A DNA stretch of 32,667 nucleotides from Bacteroidota bacterium (GTDB lineage Bacteria > Bacteroidota > Ignavibacteria > Ignavibacteriales > Ignavibacteriaceae), in NCBI GenBank assembly GCA_030706105.1, contig JAUZPC010000001.1, positions 1 to 32,667 on the forward strand, in the 5' to 3' direction. The position numbers and the translations under genes are program-made. Each line of letters begins with the position of its first letter. The first letter of the stretch is position 1. The notes beneath the pieces were generated by a model, which saw nothing but the letters and a program-made list of their open reading frames with translations, was not told the origin of the DNA and made no database searches. Of the stretch, positions 17,937-29,722 are shown piece after piece.

Positions 17937-20036
17937 TTATGCAGAAGCATTTGATTTTTTACCAACAGTTTTTTCAGCAATTTCTTCAGCAACACTCTTC
18001 GGAACTTCCATATATTTCGAGAACTGCATTGTATAAATTGCGCGTCCTTGTGTCATTGATCTTAAAATTGTTGCATATCCGAACATTTCAGATAGAGGCA
18101 CAGTCGCCTTAATAACCTGAGCATCTTTTCTTGCTGTAAAACCTTCAATTTTTCCTCTTCTGGAGTTAAGATCACCCATAACATCACCAAGATATTCTTC
18201 AGGGGTAACAACTTCAACGTCCATAATAGGCTCTAACAAAATTGGTTTGGCTTTTTTTGCACCTTCTTTGAAAGCTATAGAACCGGCTACTTTAAATGAT
18301 ATTTCATCTGAATCTACATCATGGTAAGAACCATCATAAATTTTAGCTTTAATATCTACTACCGGGAACCCGGCAACAACACCGTTTCTTAACGCTTCTT
18401 GAATACCTGCTGATACTGCAGGAATGTATTCTTTAGGAACAACACCGCCAACAATTGCATTTTCAAATTCATAACCTTTACCGACTTCATTAGGCGAAAG
18501 CTCAATCCAAACATGACCAAATTTACCTCGGCCACCGGATTGTTTAACAAATTTGCCTTCACTCTGTACGGTTTTAGTAATAGTTTCTCTATATGCTACC
18601 TGAGGCTTACCGATATTTGCTTCAACTTTGAATTCACGTTTCATTCTATCAACAAGAATTTCTAAGTGAAGTTCGCCCATACCACTAATAAGTGTTTGGC
18701 CTGTTTCTTCATCCACTTTTATCTTAAAAGTTGGATCTTCATCAGAAAGCTTTTGTAATGCCTCGGATAACTTATCCTGGTCAGCCTTTGTCTTAGGTTC
18801 AATAGCAATCTGAATAACTGGTTCAGGAAAAATAATTTTTTCAAGAACAACTGCATCTTCCTCAGTACAAAGAGTATCACCGGTTTTAGTATATTTTAAG
18901 CCAACAGCAGCAGCAATATCTCCTGCTCTTACTTCCGGAATTTCTTCTCTGTGGTTAGCATGCATCTGAAGCAGACGGCTAATTCTTTCTTTTTTACCTG
19001 AAACGGCATTATATACATAAGAACCGGCTTTCAGGGTGCCTGCGTAAACTCTAAAGAAAGTTAACTTACCCACGAATGGGTCATTCATGATTTTAAACGC
19101 TAAAGCAGTAAATTTCTCTTGTTCAGAGATCTTTCTCGTCACTTTGTCATTAATACCGATATGATGCGCTTCAATATCGGCTGTATCAATTGGTGACGGT
19201 AGGAAATCGACCACAGAATCTAATAATTTTTGAACACCTTTATTTTTGAAAGCTGAGCCGCACAGAACAGGAATAATTTTCAGTTCTATTGTGGCTTTTC
19301 TTAATACAGTTTTAATTTCATCTTCGGTAATCTCTTTTCCGTCAAGATACTTTTCTAACAAAGTATCATCAACGTCAGAGACAGCTTCCAACATTTCAGT
19401 TCTGTATTTTTTAGCTTTTTCTTTTAATCCTTGCGGAATTTCAATTTCATCATAAGTTGCACCAAGAGTTTCATCATGGTACATTAACGCCTTGTTTTTA
19501 ATAAGATCAATCACGCCGGTAAACATATCTCCTTCACCAATAGGCAAATTAAGAGGTATTGCATTAGCGCCAAGACGATCTTTTATCATCTGCAGGGCAT
19601 TATAAAAATCAGCACCTGTTCTATCCATTTTGTTAATGAACGCAATGCGCGGAACCATATATTTGTCAGCTTGTCTCCAAACTGTTTCAGACTGGGGTTC
19701 AACCCCGCCTACCGCACAAAACAGAGCAACAGCTCCATCTAAAACTCTTAAAGATCTTTCAACTTCAACTGTAAAATCAACGTGTCCGGGTGTATCAATA
19801 ATGTTAATCATATGATCTGACCAGAAACAAGTTGTAGCAGCAGAAGTAATGGTAATACCCCGTTCCTTTTCCTGCTCCATCCAGTCCATAGTTGCGGCAC
19901 CTTCGTGCACTTCACCAAGACGATGCGTTTTACCTGTATAGAACAAAATACGCTCAGTAGTTGTAGTTTTACCAGCGTCTATATGAGCCATGATCCCAAT
20001 ATTACGAACTTTATCTATAGTAATTTTACCAGCCAT
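17937..20036 (-). CDS. fusA: Elongation factor G
   Basis: 699 aa. [24 protein letters not shown] and NKMDR motifs. All five domains are recognisable by conserved stretches. Confidence 0.99.
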   Translation of the reverse strand: MAGKITIDKVRNIGIMAHIDAGKTTTTERILFYTGKTHRLGEVHEGAATMDWMEQEKERGITITSAATTCFWSDHMINIIDTPGHVDFTVEVERSLRVLDGAVALFCAVGGVEPQSETVWRQADKYMVPRIAFINKMDRTGADFYNALQMIKDRLGANAIPLNLPIGEGDMFTGVIDLIKNKALMYHDETLGATYDEIEIPQGLKEKAKKYRTEMLEAVSDVDDTLLEKYLDGKEITEDEIKTVLRKATIELKIIPVLCGSAFKNKGVQKLLDSVVDFLPSPIDTADIEAHHIGINDKVTRKISEQEKFTALAFKIMNDPFVGKLTFFRVYAGTLKAGSYVYNAVSGKKERISRLLQMHANHREEIPEVRAGDIAAAVGLKYTKTGDTLCTEEDAVVLEKIIFPEPVIQIAIEPKTKADQDKLSEALQKLSDEDPTFKIKVDEETGQTLISGMGELHLEILVDRMKREFKVEANIGKPQVAYRETITKTVQSEGKFVKQSGGRGKFGHVWIELSPNEVGKGYEFENAIVGGVVPKEYIPAVSAGIQEALRNGVVAGFPVVDIKAKIYDGSYHDVDSDEISFKVAGSIAFKEGAKKAKPILLEPIMDVEVVTPEEYLGDVMGDLNSRRGKIEGFTARKDAQVIKATVPLSEMFGYATILRSMTQGRAIYTMQFSKYMEVPKSVAEEIAEKTVGKKSNASA

Positions 20037-20090
20037 TTGCTTTTCGTTATCTCTTTCTCTCTACCAACTCAATATGTAACAAATTACAGA

Positions 20091-20558
20091 CTACCACTTA
20101 AAATGAGCAAATGCTTTATTTGCCTCAGCCATTTTGTGAGTATCTTCTTTTTTCTTAACTGCACTGCCTTCATTATTAGATGCAGCAATTAATTCTGCAG
20201 CCAATTTTGCGGGCATCGATTTATCGCCTCGAGCACGGGCATAATTTTTAATCCATCTCATTGCAAGCGCATTTCTTCTATCCGGACGAACTTCAGAAGG
20301 AACTTGATATGTAGCACCACCGACTCTGCGGCTTCTTACTTCTATCACAGGCTGAACATTACTCATTGCTTTTTTGAATACTTCCAGACCTGGCTTCTTG
20401 GTTCTTTCTTCAATTATTTCAAAAGCCGTATAAACTACTTCTCTTGCCTTGGATTTTTTTCCATCATACATAATTGCATTTACAAACTTTGCAACAACCA
20501 CATCATTAAATTTAGGATCCGGTTTTAAGTATTTCTTCTCTGCTCTTTTCTTTCTCAT
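20091..20558 (-). CDS. rpsG: 30S ribosomal protein S7
   Basis: 155 aa. ...[25 protein letters not shown]... and ...[18 protein letters not shown]...R. C-terminal ...KAFAHFKW. Confidence 0.98.
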   Translation of the reverse strand: MRKKRAEKKYLKPDPKFNDVVVAKFVNAIMYDGKKSKAREVVYTAFEIIEERTKKPGLEVFKKAMSNVQPVIEVRSRRVGGATYQVPSEVRPDRRNALAMRWIKNYARARGDKSMPAKLAAELIAASNNEGSAVKKKEDTHKMAEANKAFAHFKW

Positions 20559-20561
20559 AAT

Positions 20562-20939
20562 TTATTTCGCCTTCGGTTTTTTTGCACCATATTTAGAGCG
20601 GCTTTTTTTTCTGTCTTCTACACCGCTAGTATCTAAAGTACCACGAATAATATGATACCTAACACCAGGTAAATCTTTAACTCTACCGCCTCTAATCAAT
20701 ACAATTGAGTGCTCTTGCAAATTGTGCCCTTCACCGGGTATATAAGCAGTAACTTCAATACTATTAGTAAGTCTTACACGAGCAACTTTTCTTAAAGCCG
20801 AATTAGGCTTTTTAGGGGTTGTTGTATATACTCTTGTACAAACGCCTCTTTTTTGAGGACATGCATCAAGTGCTGGAGCTTTGTTTTTAGCAAGCATCTG
20901 CACTCTGCCTTTTCTTACCAACTGATTTATCGTGGGCAC
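20562..20939 (-). CDS. rpsL: 30S ribosomal protein S12
   Basis: 125 aa. [12 protein letters not shown]..., ...[19 protein letters not shown]... and ...[23 protein letters not shown] start (20937-20939), 7 nt after AGGAG. Confidence 0.98.
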   Translation of the reverse strand: MPTINQLVRKGRVQMLAKNKAPALDACPQKRGVCTRVYTTTPKKPNSALRKVARVRLTNSIEVTAYIPGEGHNLQEHSIVLIRGGRVKDLPGVRYHIIRGTLDTSGVEDRKKSRSKYGAKKPKAK

Positions 20940-20990
20940 TAATCTTCTCCTAAAAAAATCTTTTTATTGTCAAAAAAAATTCAGATTTCA

Positions 20991-21019
20991 AATATACCCC
21001 TTATGACAAAAAAAGTCAA
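20991..21019 (-). promoter_or_regulatory. Candidate str-operon promoter (TTGACT-17 nt-TATATT)
   Basis: The minus strand reads TTGACT (21014-21019), a 17-nt spacer, then TATATT (20991-20996). The -10 region reads TATATTTG, which also fits the Bacteroidota-type TAnnTTTG -7 element. It lies about 50 nt upstream of the rpsL GTG. Sequence match only. Confidence 0.45.
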
Positions 21020-21049
21020 GAATTCCATGGGGAATATTTAAATTTATTA

Positions 21050-21091
21050 TAAAATAATTCCGGTTTTTTCAGTTTTGTCTAAAAAAACCGG
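21050..21091 (-). terminator. Weak candidate intrinsic terminator after rpoC
   Basis: The minus-strand RNA is CCGGUUUUUU-(12-nt loop)-AAAAAACCGG, with arms at 21082-21091 and 21060-21069. It is followed by AAUUAUUUUAU. The stem has only 4 G:C pairs and the U-tract is interrupted. Confidence 0.35.
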
Positions 21092-21097
21092 ATAAAT

Positions 21098-24000
21098 CTA
21101 TTGTTCTTGGGTTTGAACTTCTTCTTGTTGCGGGGTTTCCGGCACTATTTCTTCAGATTTCAGTAATATCTTTGCATATTTCTTTAAACCTGTTCCTGCA
21201 GGAATCAAATGACCCATTACAACGTTTTCTTTTAAGCCATTTAAATGATCTACTTTAGCTTCAATTGCTGCATTTGCAAGCACCTTGGTCGTCTCTTGGA
21301 AAGACGCTGCAGATATAAAACTCTCTGTAGATAATGCTGCATTGGTTATGCCCAACAGGACATGTTCAAATGTAGCCGGCTCTGCTTCTCTTGTTATTAT
21401 AGTTTTCTTAGATTTTTTCTTTAAGTCTAAGTTAACTTCTCTTAATCTACTTTTAGTGATTAGGGTGTTATCTTTAAATTTAGAGTCTCCCTTGTCTTCT
21501 ATCACTACCATATTAAGAATTTTATTATTCTCTTCTATGAATTCGATTCTGTCAACAATATCCTCTTCCAGGAATCTTGTATCACCCGGGAAAACTACTT
21601 TAATTTTTTGTAACATTTGGCGTACAATTACTTCAATATGTTTATCATTAATCTTTACACCCTGAAGTCTGTATACGTCCTGAATTTCATTTACTAAATA
21701 TTCCTGTACTGCACTGGTACCTTTAATCTTCAAGATATCATGAGGATTTACAGGTCCGTCGGTAATCTTTTCACCTTCAGGTATTTCATCACCCTCTTGT
21801 ACAAGTATATGTTTACCTAATGGTACATTATATTTCTTTTCATCAGATCCATCAGGAGCAGTAACAAAAATTTCTCTCGAACCTTTTTTTCTGGCACCAA
21901 ATTTAACGATTCCTTCAATCTCAGAAACAATGGAAGACTCCTGAGGAGATCTTGCCTCAAATAATTCTGTTACTCTTGGCAAACCACCTGTAATATCTCT
22001 ACTTTTTGTTGTCTGTTTTGAGATTTTTGCTAAAACTGTTCCGGCTGTTATTATTTCGCCTTCTTCAACTGACAAGTATGATCTGTTAGGAATATTGAAT
22101 GTCTTTTTAACTTCGCCATCAACTTCAATAGCCACACTTGGAGTCAGGTTTTTATCCTTGGACTCAATAACAATCTTCTGAACGTGACCGGTTTGCTCAT
22201 CTGTAATCTGCTGTAAAGTCAAATTCTCAATCAAATCCACATATTTAACTTTACCCTGTATATCAGTTAAAATTACTGCGTTATAAGGATCGTGGTTGTA
22301 AAGAGCTTGTTTCTTACCGATCAGATCACCTTCTCTAACAAGCAGTTCAGCACCATAAGGAATATCATATTTTTTCAACTGACGGTTATTTTCATCTGTA
22401 ATGGAAATAACACCTCTTCTACCGGTAACAACTATTTTCTTACCGAAGATATCAGCTTTTTCTACATAATTTACTTTTTCATATTGAACAAGACCTTCAA
22501 CAGAAGAAATTACCTGAGATTGACTTGCAATTCTTGAAGATGTACCACCTAAGTGGAACGTTCTCAAAGTAAGCTGCGTACCAGGCTCACCGATCGACTG
22601 TGCGGCAACAATACCCACTGCCTCACCTATTTCTACCAGTTTACCATTTGTAAGGTTCCTGCCATAACATTTAGCGCATACACCGCGTTTAGATTCGCAG
22701 GTTAGCACTGTTCTGATGTAAACTCTATCAATGTTAAGATCTTCAATCTTTTCAGCTAAACTTTCAGTAATCATTTCCCCTGAAGGAACTATCACTTCAC
22801 CGGTTTTTGGATCAAGAACATCTTCCTGAGCTACACGGCCGGTTATACGTTCGCCTAATGGTTCTCTTTCTTCTTCAACGTCTTTAAGAGCTGTTACTTC
22901 AATACCTAAAATGGTACCGCAGTCAATTTCAGAGATAATTACATCCTGAGAAACGTCAACTAATCTTCTTGTCAGGTAACCGGCATCTGCTGTTTTAAGA
23001 GCAGTATCAGCCAAACCTTTACGGGCACCGTGTGTTGAAATAAAATACTCCAATACAGACAGACCCTCTTTGAAGTTAGCTACAATTGGATTCTCAATAA
23101 TTTCACCGGCTTGTCCAGATAAAGTTTTTTGAGGTTTCATCATAAGACCTCTCATACCTGCCAACTGACGAACCTGTTCCTGAGAACCTCTCGCACCAGA
23201 GTCAACCATCATATGTAAAGAGTTGAAACCCTGGTTGTGAACTTTAATTTTTTCCATCAAAGCACGGGCTACGTCATTTGTTGTATGCGTCCAAACGTCA
23301 ATAATTTTATTGTAACGTTCTGCATCAGTAATAACGCCCATTTCATGCTCATTCAAAATAGCTTCAACTTTTTCATTTGCTTTGGCTATCAAACTAACTT
23401 TTAATTCAGGTATAATCATATCTGAATAACTTACTGATAAACCGCCTGCAGTTGAATATCTGAATCCTAATTCTTTAAGATCATCCAAGAATTTAGCAGT
23501 AACTTTATTACCTAACTTCATAAACATTTTGCCGATAAACCCGCCGAATGTCTTTTTAATAAGAAGCTGGTTAAAGAAGCCCATTTCTTTAGGAACGATC
23601 TGGTTGAAAATAACTCTACCAACGGTAGTTTCAACCATTTTTCCATCAATTCTTACTTTAATTTTTGCGTGCAATCCTGCTGCTTTAGAGTTATAAGCAA
23701 TAAGAACTTCTTCATCTGATCCGAAGCAAAGGTTCTCGCCTATTTCTCCTTCTTTCATTTTTGTCAAATAATAGCAGCCCAAAACGATATCCTGAGTCGG
23801 AACAATAATAGGACTTCCGTTTTGAGGAGAAAGAATGTTGTGACTACTAAGCATTAATAAAGAAGCTTCCAATTGTGCTTCATATGAAAGCGGAACGTGA
23901 ACTGCCATCTGGTCACCGTCAAAATCCGCATTGAATGCCGTACACACCATAGGATGAAGCTGTATAGCTCTTCCATCAATTAGGATCGGCTGAAATGCCT

Positions 24001-25336
24001 GGATACCTAACCTATGCAGTGTAGGAGCACGGTTAAGCATAACCGGATGTCCTTCAATTATCTTTGCTAAAATATCCCAAATGATAGGATCTTTTTTATC
24101 AACAACTTTTCTTGCACTTTTAACTGTTTTATTGTGTCCTCTTTCAATTAATTTTCTAATTATAAAGGGTTTAAACAATTCAACAGCCATATCTTTTGGT
24201 AAACCGCACTGATGTAATTTCAATTCAGGACCAACAACAATTACAGAACGGCCTGAATAATCAACACGTTTACCCAATAAATTTTGACGGAAACGGCCTT
24301 GTTTTCCTTTGAGGTTATCACTAAGAGACTTTAATGGTCTATTACTGTCAGAGCGTACTGCACTGCCTCTTCTGGAATTATCAAACAAAGCGTCAACTGC
24401 TTCTTGAAGCATTCTTTTTTCATTACGAAGAATTACTTCAGGAGCTTTAATATCCATCATTCTTTTCAGACGGTTATTTCTGATAATAACACGTCTGTAC
24501 AAATCATTAAGATCAGAAGTTGCAAATCTTCCGCCTTCAAGAGGAACTAAAGGCCTTAATTCCGGAGGAATAACAGGGATGTAACTAAGTACCATCCACT
24601 CAGGTTTATTCGGAATTTTTCCTTCTTCTTCTTTGAAAGCTTCAATTACTCTTAATCTTTTAAGTAAATCAGCTTTTTTCTGCTGAGAAGTTTCAACTTT
24701 CAACTGATCGCGTAGTTGCTTTGAAAGGTTCTCAATATTGATGTTTTTAAGAATTTCCTTAACAGCCTCGCCGCCAATTTTGGCAACAAACTTTTTAGGA
24801 TCTTCATCAGCTAATTTTTCATTTCCCTGAGGTAATGAATTGAGAACTTCAAAGTACTGATCTTCTGAAATTAAATCTTTTTTGCTCAAACCCGTTGGAC
24901 CCGGATTTATAACAACATAAGATTCATAATATATAATTTTTTCTAATTCTTTAAGACTAACGCCAATAATATTGCCAATTTTTGATGGCTGAGATCTAAA
25001 AAACCAGATATGAACAATTGGAACTGCCAAGGCAATATGTCCCATACGTTCGCGGCGTACACCTTTTTGGGTTACTTCAACACCGCAGCGGTCGCAAATA
25101 ATACCTTTATATCTAATTCTTTTATATTTTCCGCAAAAGCACTCCCAATCACGGGTAGGGCCAAATATTTTCTCACAAAACAAACCATCTTTTTCTGGTC
25201 TGAACGATCTATAATTGATCGTTTCAGGTTTAGTAACTTCACCATGAGACTTAGACAAAATATCATCGGGGCTAGCCAATCCAATGGTAATACTTGTAAT
25301 ATCACGCATTGCATTTTCTTGAATTCTATAAGCCAT
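21098..25336 (-). CDS. rpoC: DNA-directed RNA polymerase subunit beta'
   Basis: 1412 aa. Zinc-binding [23 protein letters not shown], catalytic [12 protein letters not shown], and a recognisable trigger loop and bridge helix region. AGGAGA lies upstream of the ATG. Confidence 0.99.
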   Translation of the reverse strand: MAYRIQENAMRDITSITIGLASPDDILSKSHGEVTKPETINYRSFRPEKDGLFCEKIFGPTRDWECFCGKYKRIRYKGIICDRCGVEVTQKGVRRERMGHIALAVPIVHIWFFRSQPSKIGNIIGVSLKELEKIIYYESYVVINPGPTGLSKKDLISEDQYFEVLNSLPQGNEKLADEDPKKFVAKIGGEAVKEILKNINIENLSKQLRDQLKVETSQQKKADLLKRLRVIEAFKEEEGKIPNKPEWMVLSYIPVIPPELRPLVPLEGGRFATSDLNDLYRRVIIRNNRLKRMMDIKAPEVILRNEKRMLQEAVDALFDNSRRGSAVRSDSNRPLKSLSDNLKGKQGRFRQNLLGKRVDYSGRSVIVVGPELKLHQCGLPKDMAVELFKPFIIRKLIERGHNKTVKSARKVVDKKDPIIWDILAKIIEGHPVMLNRAPTLHRLGIQAFQPILIDGRAIQLHPMVCTAFNADFDGDQMAVHVPLSYEAQLEASLLMLSSHNILSPQNGSPIIVPTQDIVLGCYYLTKMKEGEIGENLCFGSDEEVLIAYNSKAAGLHAKIKVRIDGKMVETTVGRVIFNQIVPKEMGFFNQLLIKKTFGGFIGKMFMKLGNKVTAKFLDDLKELGFRYSTAGGLSVSYSDMIIPELKVSLIAKANEKVEAILNEHEMGVITDAERYNKIIDVWTHTTNDVARALMEKIKVHNQGFNSLHMMVDSGARGSQEQVRQLAGMRGLMMKPQKTLSGQAGEIIENPIVANFKEGLSVLEYFISTHGARKGLADTALKTADAGYLTRRLVDVSQDVIISEIDCGTILGIEVTALKDVEEEREPLGERITGRVAQEDVLDPKTGEVIVPSGEMITESLAEKIEDLNIDRVYIRTVLTCESKRGVCAKCYGRNLTNGKLVEIGEAVGIVAAQSIGEPGTQLTLRTFHLGGTSSRIASQSQVISSVEGLVQYEKVNYVEKADIFGKKIVVTGRRGVISITDENNRQLKKYDIPYGAELLVREGDLIGKKQALYNHDPYNAVILTDIQGKVKYVDLIENLTLQQITDEQTGHVQKIVIESKDKNLTPSVAIEVDGEVKKTFNIPNRSYLSVEEGEIITAGTVLAKISKQTTKSRDITGGLPRVTELFEARSPQESSIVSEIEGIVKFGARKKGSREIFVTAPDGSDEKKYNVPLGKHILVQEGDEIPEGEKITDGPVNPHDILKIKGTSAVQEYLVNEIQDVYRLQGVKINDKHIEVIVRQMLQKIKVVFPGDTRFLEEDIVDRIEFIEENNKILNMVVIEDKGDSKFKDNTLITKSRLREVNLDLKKKSKKTIITREAEPATFEHVLLGITNAALSTESFISAASFQETTKVLANAAIEAKVDHLNGLKENVVMGHLIPAGTGLKKYAKILLKSEEIVPETPQQEEVQTQEQ

Positions 25337-25379
25337 AATTTAATCTCCTAATTTCTTAGTGCAAAATAATTCAACTTTA

Positions 25380-28300
25380 TTAACTAATTTTAATATTAAG
25401 GCCTAAACCTTGAAGTTCTTTAATTAACACGTTGAATGCTTCAGGGACATTTGGTTCCTGCAGATTATCACCTTTAACAATAGCCTCGTACATCTTAGCT
25501 CTGCCTGCCATATCATCACTTTTCACGGTTAAGATCTCTTGCAGAATATGAGAAGCGCCGTAACCTTCAAGCGCCCACACTTCCATTTCTCCAAAACGCT
25601 GACCGCCGAACTGAGCTTTACCACCCAATGGCTGCTGCGTAATAAGAGAGTATGGTCCAATTGATCTTGCGTGAATCTTATCATCTACCAAGTGGCTTAA
25701 CTTAAGCATATAAATGTAGCCACATGTAACCTTTTGATGGAATCTCTCACCACTTCTTCCGTCGATAAGAGTTGTTTTACTTCCTCTTTCAAGACCAGCT
25801 TTTTCCAGCCAATCATCAACGTCTTCCATTTTAGCACCATCAAAAATAGGAGTTGCAAATTTTAATCCTAATATTTTACCTGCCCAGCCTAATGCTGTTT
25901 CATATAACTGGCCAAGGTTCATTCTTGAAGGCACACCAAGAGGATTTAATACTATATCCACAGGAGTACCGTCAGGTAAATAAGGCATATCTTCTCTTGG
26001 GACAATTTTAGCAACAACACCTTTATTTCCGTGTCGTCCAGCCATTTTGTCACCAACACTTAACTTACGTTTTTTAGCAACATAAACTTTTGCAAGCTGT
26101 ACTATTCCAGGAGGAAGATCATCACCTGCGTTTAATTTGCTCTTTTCACGTTTGTAAGTTTCTTCAACTTCTGCTAATGCTATCTGATAATTTCCATAAA
26201 GTACTTTAACCTGATGGTTTACCTTCTTTGATTCAAACCAATCTACGTTGGCATCAAATCTGGCTATATCATCAATTTTAGCATAGGTATCATCTTTAAT
26301 TTTAACGCCGCTTCTTACGATAGTAGTGCCATCCTGGTCTTTAATACCGGTAGTAGTCTGGTCTATTGTAAGCTTTGTTAATTTTTCTTGTAACTTACTA
26401 TATAAAGCATTTTTTGCTTTAGCATATTCGTTTTCGATAGCATCCATCAATTTCTTTTCAGATTTCTTGGTATCGCTATCTTTCTTTTTACGGCTGAATA
26501 ATCTGGTTTTGATTACGGTGCCTTTTAATCCCGGAGGTGCTTTCAAAGATGCATCTTTAACATCACCGGCTTTGTCTCCGAAAATTGCTCTTAAAAGTTT
26601 TTCTTCCGGAGTTGGATCTGTCTCACCTTTTGGTGTAATCTTACCTATAAGAATATCACCGTCTTTAACTTCTGCACCTTCACGAACAATACCGTTTTCA
26701 TCAAGATTTCTTACGGTTTCTTCGCTTACGTTAGGAATTTCACGTGTAAGTTCTTCTTCACCACGTTTAGTTTCTCTAACTTGTAATTCAAATTCTTCTA
26801 TATGTATTGAGGTGTAAACGTCTTCACTAACAACACGTTCACTGATAATAATAGCATCCTCAAAATTGTAACCTCTCCAAGGCATAAATGCAACCAATAC
26901 GTTTCTACCCAAGGCCAATTCACCTTGATCTGTAGAAGTACCGTCAGAAAGGACATCGCCCTTTTTAACAATTTGCCCTGTTTTTACTACAGGTCTTTGG
27001 TTTACACATGTCTCTTGGTTTGTACCGCTAAACTTAGTTAATTTATAAGTAACAAGTTTAACGTCATTAAAGCTTGTTAATGATTCCGCAGTATCAGGTA
27101 AAACATTATATCTTACAATTACTTTGGTAGCATCTGCATATTCAATTACACCGTCTTCTTCAGCAATATTTATTGCACGGGAGTCTCTTGCTAATTTCTT
27201 TTCCATTCCTGTACCAACAAGTGGAGCTTCAGGACGCAAAAGTGGTACTGCCTGACGTTGCATGTTAGAGCCCATCAAAGCACGGTTAGCATCATCATGT
27301 TCCAAAAATGGAATTAAAGCAGCAGCAGCACTTACAATTTGTGCCGGTGCCACATCCATATATTGGATATGATCCGGAGTAATAATAGGGAATTCACCCT
27401 TATTACGAGATTTTACTCTTTCGTTAACAAATTTACCGTTTTCTTCAAGCGGGGCATTTGCCTGAGCAATTGTAAACATATCTTCTTGCTCTGCAGTTAA
27501 ATATGCTACTTCATCAATAACTCTACCGCGTTCAACCTTGCGGTAAGGAGTTTCTAAGAACCCGTATTTATTAACGCGGGCAAAAATTGTTAATGATGAG
27601 ATAAGACCGATGTTTGGACCTTCAGGAGTTTCAATAGGGCACAAACGGCCATAATGAGTATAATGAACGTCACGAACTTCAAAACCGGCTCTTTCTCTTG
27701 TTAAACCGCCAGGTCCTAAAGCCGACATTCTGCGTTTGTGGGTCATTTCTGCCAATGGATTTGTTTGATCCATAAACTGAGACAACTGATTTGTTCCAAA
27801 GAAAGCATTAATAACACTGCTTATAGTTCTTGCATTAACAAGATCCTGAGGAGTGAAATTTTCATCGCGCTGGTTCATTCTTTCTTTAATCGTACGAGAC
27901 ATTCTGGCAACACCGACGTTAAACTGCTGGGCTAATTGTTCACCTACAGTTCTAACTCTTCTATTACCTAAATGGTCTATATCATCTATTCCTACTTCAC
28001 CTTGTCTTAGCTTAATGATATATTTCATTATAGCTATAATATCTTTTATATCTAATACTGTTTTAGTATCTTCAACGTCAACTTCAAGTTTATGATTCAT
28101 TCTATGACGGCCTACTTCGCCTAAATCATAGCGTTTATCATTAAAGAATAATTTGTCAATTAATTGCTGAGCAGAATCCACATCTGGGGCTTCACCTGAT
28201 CTTAATTGACGATAAATAGAAAATAATGCTTCTTCTTTTGTATGAGAAGTATCTTTTCTTAAAGTGTTAAGAATTAAATCCTGATCTGATGAAGTGCTTG

Positions 28301-29150
28301 AACTGATAAGGTTGATAGTATCAACTTCAGCATCTTTTAATCTCTCAACATCGTCTTCGGTAAGAATTGAATCTTTTGTTAAAAAGATTTCACCGGTAGA
28401 CATATCAAAGATATCACTTGCAATAACGCGCCCTGCTAATTTAGTAAGGTCGGCATCTTTAACAGTAATTTCTTCAACAAGATTAAATAAATTTAGGATA
28501 TCTTCATCAGTAGTATAGTCTAATGCACGTAATAAAGTTGTAGCAGGAAATTTCTTTCTGCGGTCAATATATACATACATTACATAGTTAATATCTGTTG
28601 CAAATTCAACCCAAGATCCTCTTAGCGGGATAATTCTGGCTGAATAGATAGGAGTTCCGTTTGGATGAACTGTCTGTGAAAAAGCAACACCTGGAGATCT
28701 GTGAAGCTGGGAGACCACAACACGTTCAGCGCCATTAATTACGAAAGTTCCTTTTTGGGTCATGTAAGGTAAGTTGCCTAAGTAAACCTCTTGTTCAACA
28801 GCATTTACCCAGTCACCTGTATCAACATCTTTAGTAGAAAGGCGTAATTTGCCTTTAAGTGGAGCAGAATAAGTAAGACCTCTTTCAAGGCATTCAACAA
28901 TAGAGAAACGTGGTCGCTCTACATAGTATTCAATAAAATCTAATCTATAGTTTTCTTTATTATCTAAAATAGGGAAATTTGTTAAAAAAACTGCCTGCAG
29001 ACCTTTGTTTTCTCTTTTAGACGGTTCAACATTAAGCTGAACAAACTCTTCAAACGAGCCAGTTTGAATTGCCAAAAGGTCAGGCGCTTCAATAACAGAG
29101 GGTATCTTTGCGAAGGAAATTCTAGTATTTTCCAATTGTAAAACCTCCAT
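25380..29150 (-). CDS. rpoB: DNA-directed RNA polymerase subunit beta
   Basis: 1256 aa. The rifampicin-cluster region reads ...FFGTNQLSQFMDQTNPLAEMTHKRRMSALGPGGL... Also ...GRHGNKGVV... and the C-terminal ...GFNVLIKELQGLGLNIKI motifs. Confidence 0.99.
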   Translation of the reverse strand: MEVLQLENTRISFAKIPSVIEAPDLLAIQTGSFEEFVQLNVEPSKRENKGLQAVFLTNFPILDNKENYRLDFIEYYVERPRFSIVECLERGLTYSAPLKGKLRLSTKDVDTGDWVNAVEQEVYLGNLPYMTQKGTFVINGAERVVVSQLHRSPGVAFSQTVHPNGTPIYSARIIPLRGSWVEFATDINYVMYVYIDRRKKFPATTLLRALDYTTDEDILNLFNLVEEITVKDADLTKLAGRVIASDIFDMSTGEIFLTKDSILTEDDVERLKDAEVDTINLISSSTSSDQDLILNTLRKDTSHTKEEALFSIYRQLRSGEAPDVDSAQQLIDKLFFNDKRYDLGEVGRHRMNHKLEVDVEDTKTVLDIKDIIAIMKYIIKLRQGEVGIDDIDHLGNRRVRTVGEQLAQQFNVGVARMSRTIKERMNQRDENFTPQDLVNARTISSVINAFFGTNQLSQFMDQTNPLAEMTHKRRMSALGPGGLTRERAGFEVRDVHYTHYGRLCPIETPEGPNIGLISSLTIFARVNKYGFLETPYRKVERGRVIDEVAYLTAEQEDMFTIAQANAPLEENGKFVNERVKSRNKGEFPIITPDHIQYMDVAPAQIVSAAAALIPFLEHDDANRALMGSNMQRQAVPLLRPEAPLVGTGMEKKLARDSRAINIAEEDGVIEYADATKVIVRYNVLPDTAESLTSFNDVKLVTYKLTKFSGTNQETCVNQRPVVKTGQIVKKGDVLSDGTSTDQGELALGRNVLVAFMPWRGYNFEDAIIISERVVSEDVYTSIHIEEFELQVRETKRGEEELTREIPNVSEETVRNLDENGIVREGAEVKDGDILIGKITPKGETDPTPEEKLLRAIFGDKAGDVKDASLKAPPGLKGTVIKTRLFSRKKKDSDTKKSEKKLMDAIENEYAKAKNALYSKLQEKLTKLTIDQTTTGIKDQDGTTIVRSGVKIKDDTYAKIDDIARFDANVDWFESKKVNHQVKVLYGNYQIALAEVEETYKREKSKLNAGDDLPPGIVQLAKVYVAKKRKLSVGDKMAGRHGNKGVVAKIVPREDMPYLPDGTPVDIVLNPLGVPSRMNLGQLYETALGWAGKILGLKFATPIFDGAKMEDVDDWLEKAGLERGSKTTLIDGRSGERFHQKVTCGYIYMLKLSHLVDDKIHARSIGPYSLITQQPLGGKAQFGGQRFGEMEVWALEGYGASHILQEILTVKSDDMAGRAKMYEAIVKGDNLQEPNVPEAFNVLIKELQGLGLNIKIS

Positions 29151-29227
29151 TTGTTATCAAAATCGTTACCAGACTAATATATATACACCGAAACAAGAAC
29201 ATAATATCCATTCGTACATCATAACAT

Positions 29228-29266
29228 AAAAAAAAGGAGATAAGGCATAGCACACCATGCCTTATC
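29228..29266 (-). terminator. Intrinsic terminator/attenuator between rplL and rpoB
   Basis: The minus-strand RNA is GAUAAGGCAU-GGUGUGCU-AUGCCUUAUC, a perfect 10-bp stem (29257-29266 and 29239-29248) with an 8-nt loop. It is followed by UCCUUUUUUUU (U8 = 29228-29235). It lies 41 nt after the rplL stop and about 77 nt before the rpoB ATG. Confidence 0.75.
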
Positions 29267-29307
29267 ACCTACGTGTAAACTATATGGAATAAAACCAAAT
29301 AATTAAA

Positions 29308-29682
29308 TTACTTAATCTGAACAGTAGCGCCTGCTTCTTCAAATTCTTTCTTTAATTTTTCAGCTTCATCTTTAGAAATACCTTCTTTAACTGCTTTAGG
29401 AGCTGTATCAACTAGATCTTTAGCTTCTTTCAAACCTAAACCTGTATGAGCTCTTACAACTTTAATAACATTGATTTTTTTGTCGCCAGCGCCAGTTAAG
29501 ATAACATCAAACTCTGTTTGTTCTTCAACAGGAGCAGCTGCAGCAGCCGGACCGGCAGCCATAGCAACAGGAGCAGCAGCGGTAACGCCAAATTCTGCTT
29601 CCAATGCTTTCTTTAATTCTGATGCTTCTAAAAGTGATAAACCTTTTATCTTTTCAACGATTTCAGCAATTTTCTCTGACAT
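29308..29682 (-). CDS. rplL: 50S ribosomal protein L7/L12
   Basis: 124 aa. N-terminal dimerisation helix, an Ala/Pro hinge ([20 protein letters not shown]) and a C-terminal domain ...[21 protein letters not shown]...P..VKEG.SK.EAE..K..LE.AGA.V..K. Confidence 0.98.
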   Translation of the reverse strand: MSEKIAEIVEKIKGLSLLEASELKKALEAEFGVTAAAPVAMAAGPAAAAAPVEEQTEFDVILTGAGDKKINVIKVVRAHTGLGLKEAKDLVDTAPKAVKEGISKDEAEKLKKEFEEAGATVQIK

Positions 29683-29722
29683 TTTATTCTTATCTCCTAA
29701 ATAATTTTTTTCAATATTTTAA

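Noticed and set aside
25010-25351. 113-aa plus-strand ORF and an 80-aa minus-strand alternative-frame ORF (25072-25314) at the 5' end of rpoC
   Set aside because: Both overlap the zinc-finger/clamp-coding part of rpoC, whose frame is unambiguous. Neither has an SD or recognisable motif. I treat them as frame artefacts.
26326-26817. 163-aa plus-strand ORF, the longest antisense ORF in the window
   Set aside because: It is embedded antisense in rpoB, a highly conserved gene. The translation is serine/leucine/phenylalanine-rich with no recognisable motif. Stop-poor antisense frames are expected in low-GC coding sequence.
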